A stretch of DNA of 64,000 bases from Tubulanus polymorphus (Eukaryota; Animalia; Nemertea), in assembly GCF_964204645.1 (NCBI RefSeq), contig NC_134033.1, positions 9,308,655 to 9,372,654 on the forward strand, given 5' to 3'. The position numbers and the translations under genes are program-made. Positions 62,735 to 64,000 of the stretch are shown here, one piece after another; position 1 is the first letter of the stretch; each line of letters starts with the position of its first letter. Below the pieces are notes generated by a model. That model was not told where the DNA came from. It worked only from the letters and a program-made list of their open reading frames with translations, and made no database searches.

Positions 62735-63676
62735 GCATTCTTCATAATTCCTAACCATATAAGAAAAGGGGGTAGTAGGAAATCATCTTTATTTTAGGAA
62801 TATTATAAAGAAATGACACCTGAGGGAAATTCTGGTGGCAGAGTGGCTTTGGAAAATGAGAAAAAATTCATTTTTTTTACCTTGAATAATATACCCTCGG
62901 TACATATAGTTCGCGAATGATCCTCTACACTACAGTCAATGTATCATTATCATACTAAAATGTTAGTTTTTCTAAACGTAGTGATATTTCTCTTTTTAAA
63001 AATCATTTACGACCTAATCCTTTGTCACTTCACGCATGGTCGCTAGAAATTAAACTATCGGTCACAAAAATGGAGCAGGTCGGAAATTGATCTCATACGA
63101 ACTGGGTAGCCTCTTTAGATTTATTGTCTCTAGATTTCTGCGATATTTTTCCATCCGTCGAACGAACAGAACGAACCAACGTTTAGAAGTTTACCATGAA
63201 TGACGTATTAATTAATGGATTTAAAAAATGTGCTCCGGTGTTATTGACAAGAGGTTGGCATAGCCAGTTCAGATATAAGATGCCGATATAATCTGTTCCA
63301 TACGTACCATTCCTTTGATCAGATTGCTGCTTTGATCCGATTGCTTCTGTACAGGGTGAAAAAGATCGCCTGTCGTTAGCAGCAGTACGATATAAGTAGT
63401 ATCAAAGCAAGTTCATATATCACACCTGTTATTCCGAATGGGAATATTGTAGTGTTGTGATACTGTTTTGAAACTCGTTTGTAGCCATGTGCATGTATCA
63501 CATGACCGGCGAGTAACCAGGTTTTAACACCAACTGCTGCAATAATGATTCTGGTGATTCTTGCAAATTTCTTAAACACTGGATATAACAATAATCATAG
63601 ACAAAAATCATAATCATAGACATGCCAACGATACACGTCGAATCAACAACACATGGGAACCGATAATGTATCTTAC

Positions 63677-63826
63677 CCGAGGAAGCTGCCTATCGGTTGT
63701 TCTACAGTGATCTCCCCGAATCATAACAAAGTTTATTATACTCAATAAACTATATTCTGCATGTGCGTAACTCTGAGAAGATGCAACCACAAAAATAAAA
63801 ATCAATTTAAGAAAGCAGTTACTCAT
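63677..63826 (-). CDS. Candidate signal-peptide first exon (possibly of gene C)
   Basis: MSNCFLKLIFIFVVASSQSYA hydrophobic N-terminus and a CGG|GTAAG donor (phase 0). It is in frame with gene C only via the upstream duplicated acceptor at 59773. Confidence 0.3.
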
Positions 63827-64000
63827 TACATTTATTGCTTACGTACAAGGCAGTCCACCATACTCAGTGAATCACAATTAAATTTGAATTATTTAAAACA
63901 ACTCCAAACTAATGACAGCTGAAATTTACAAAAAAAACTGGGTTAAAGTAAAATTAAACTAACGGAAAATACATCTGGTACCGGTACGTTGCACTTCAAA

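Overview
AT-rich, intron-containing animal genomic DNA, probably a marine lophotrochozoan (inferred from an IR25a-type receptor and its repeat families). There are three host genes. Gene A (+, 3' part only) has PAN/Apple and two fibronectin type II exons plus a 5.5-kb low-complexity terminal exon. Genes B and C are tandem minus-strand ionotropic (glutamate-like) receptors: B is IR25a-like (11.7-22.7 kb) and C spans 24.5-59.8 kb. An 18.3-kb intron of gene C holds a ~17-kb decayed Polinton/Maverick-like (adintovirus-like) endogenous virus with protein-primed PolB, rve integrase with chromodomain, putative major capsid, two inverted penton modules and several membrane proteins. It has three large-DNA-virus (NCLDV)-like features: (i) a LAGLIDADG intein inserted in the PolB YFD/TD active-site motif, (ii) a poxvirus A2/VLTF3-like late transcription factor, and (iii) a T5NT...TAAATG signal repeated at most gene starts, matching poxvirus terminator and late-promoter motifs. 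Together these suggest, as inference only, a virophage-like element that relied on a cytoplasmic large DNA virus. The introns also contain Helentron-like tandem-repeat elements, TA-flanked MITEs, a MULE-like element with a 9-bp TSD, and an inverted pair of Penelope-type hammerhead ribozyme motifs. All homology calls come from motif recognition, not database searches.
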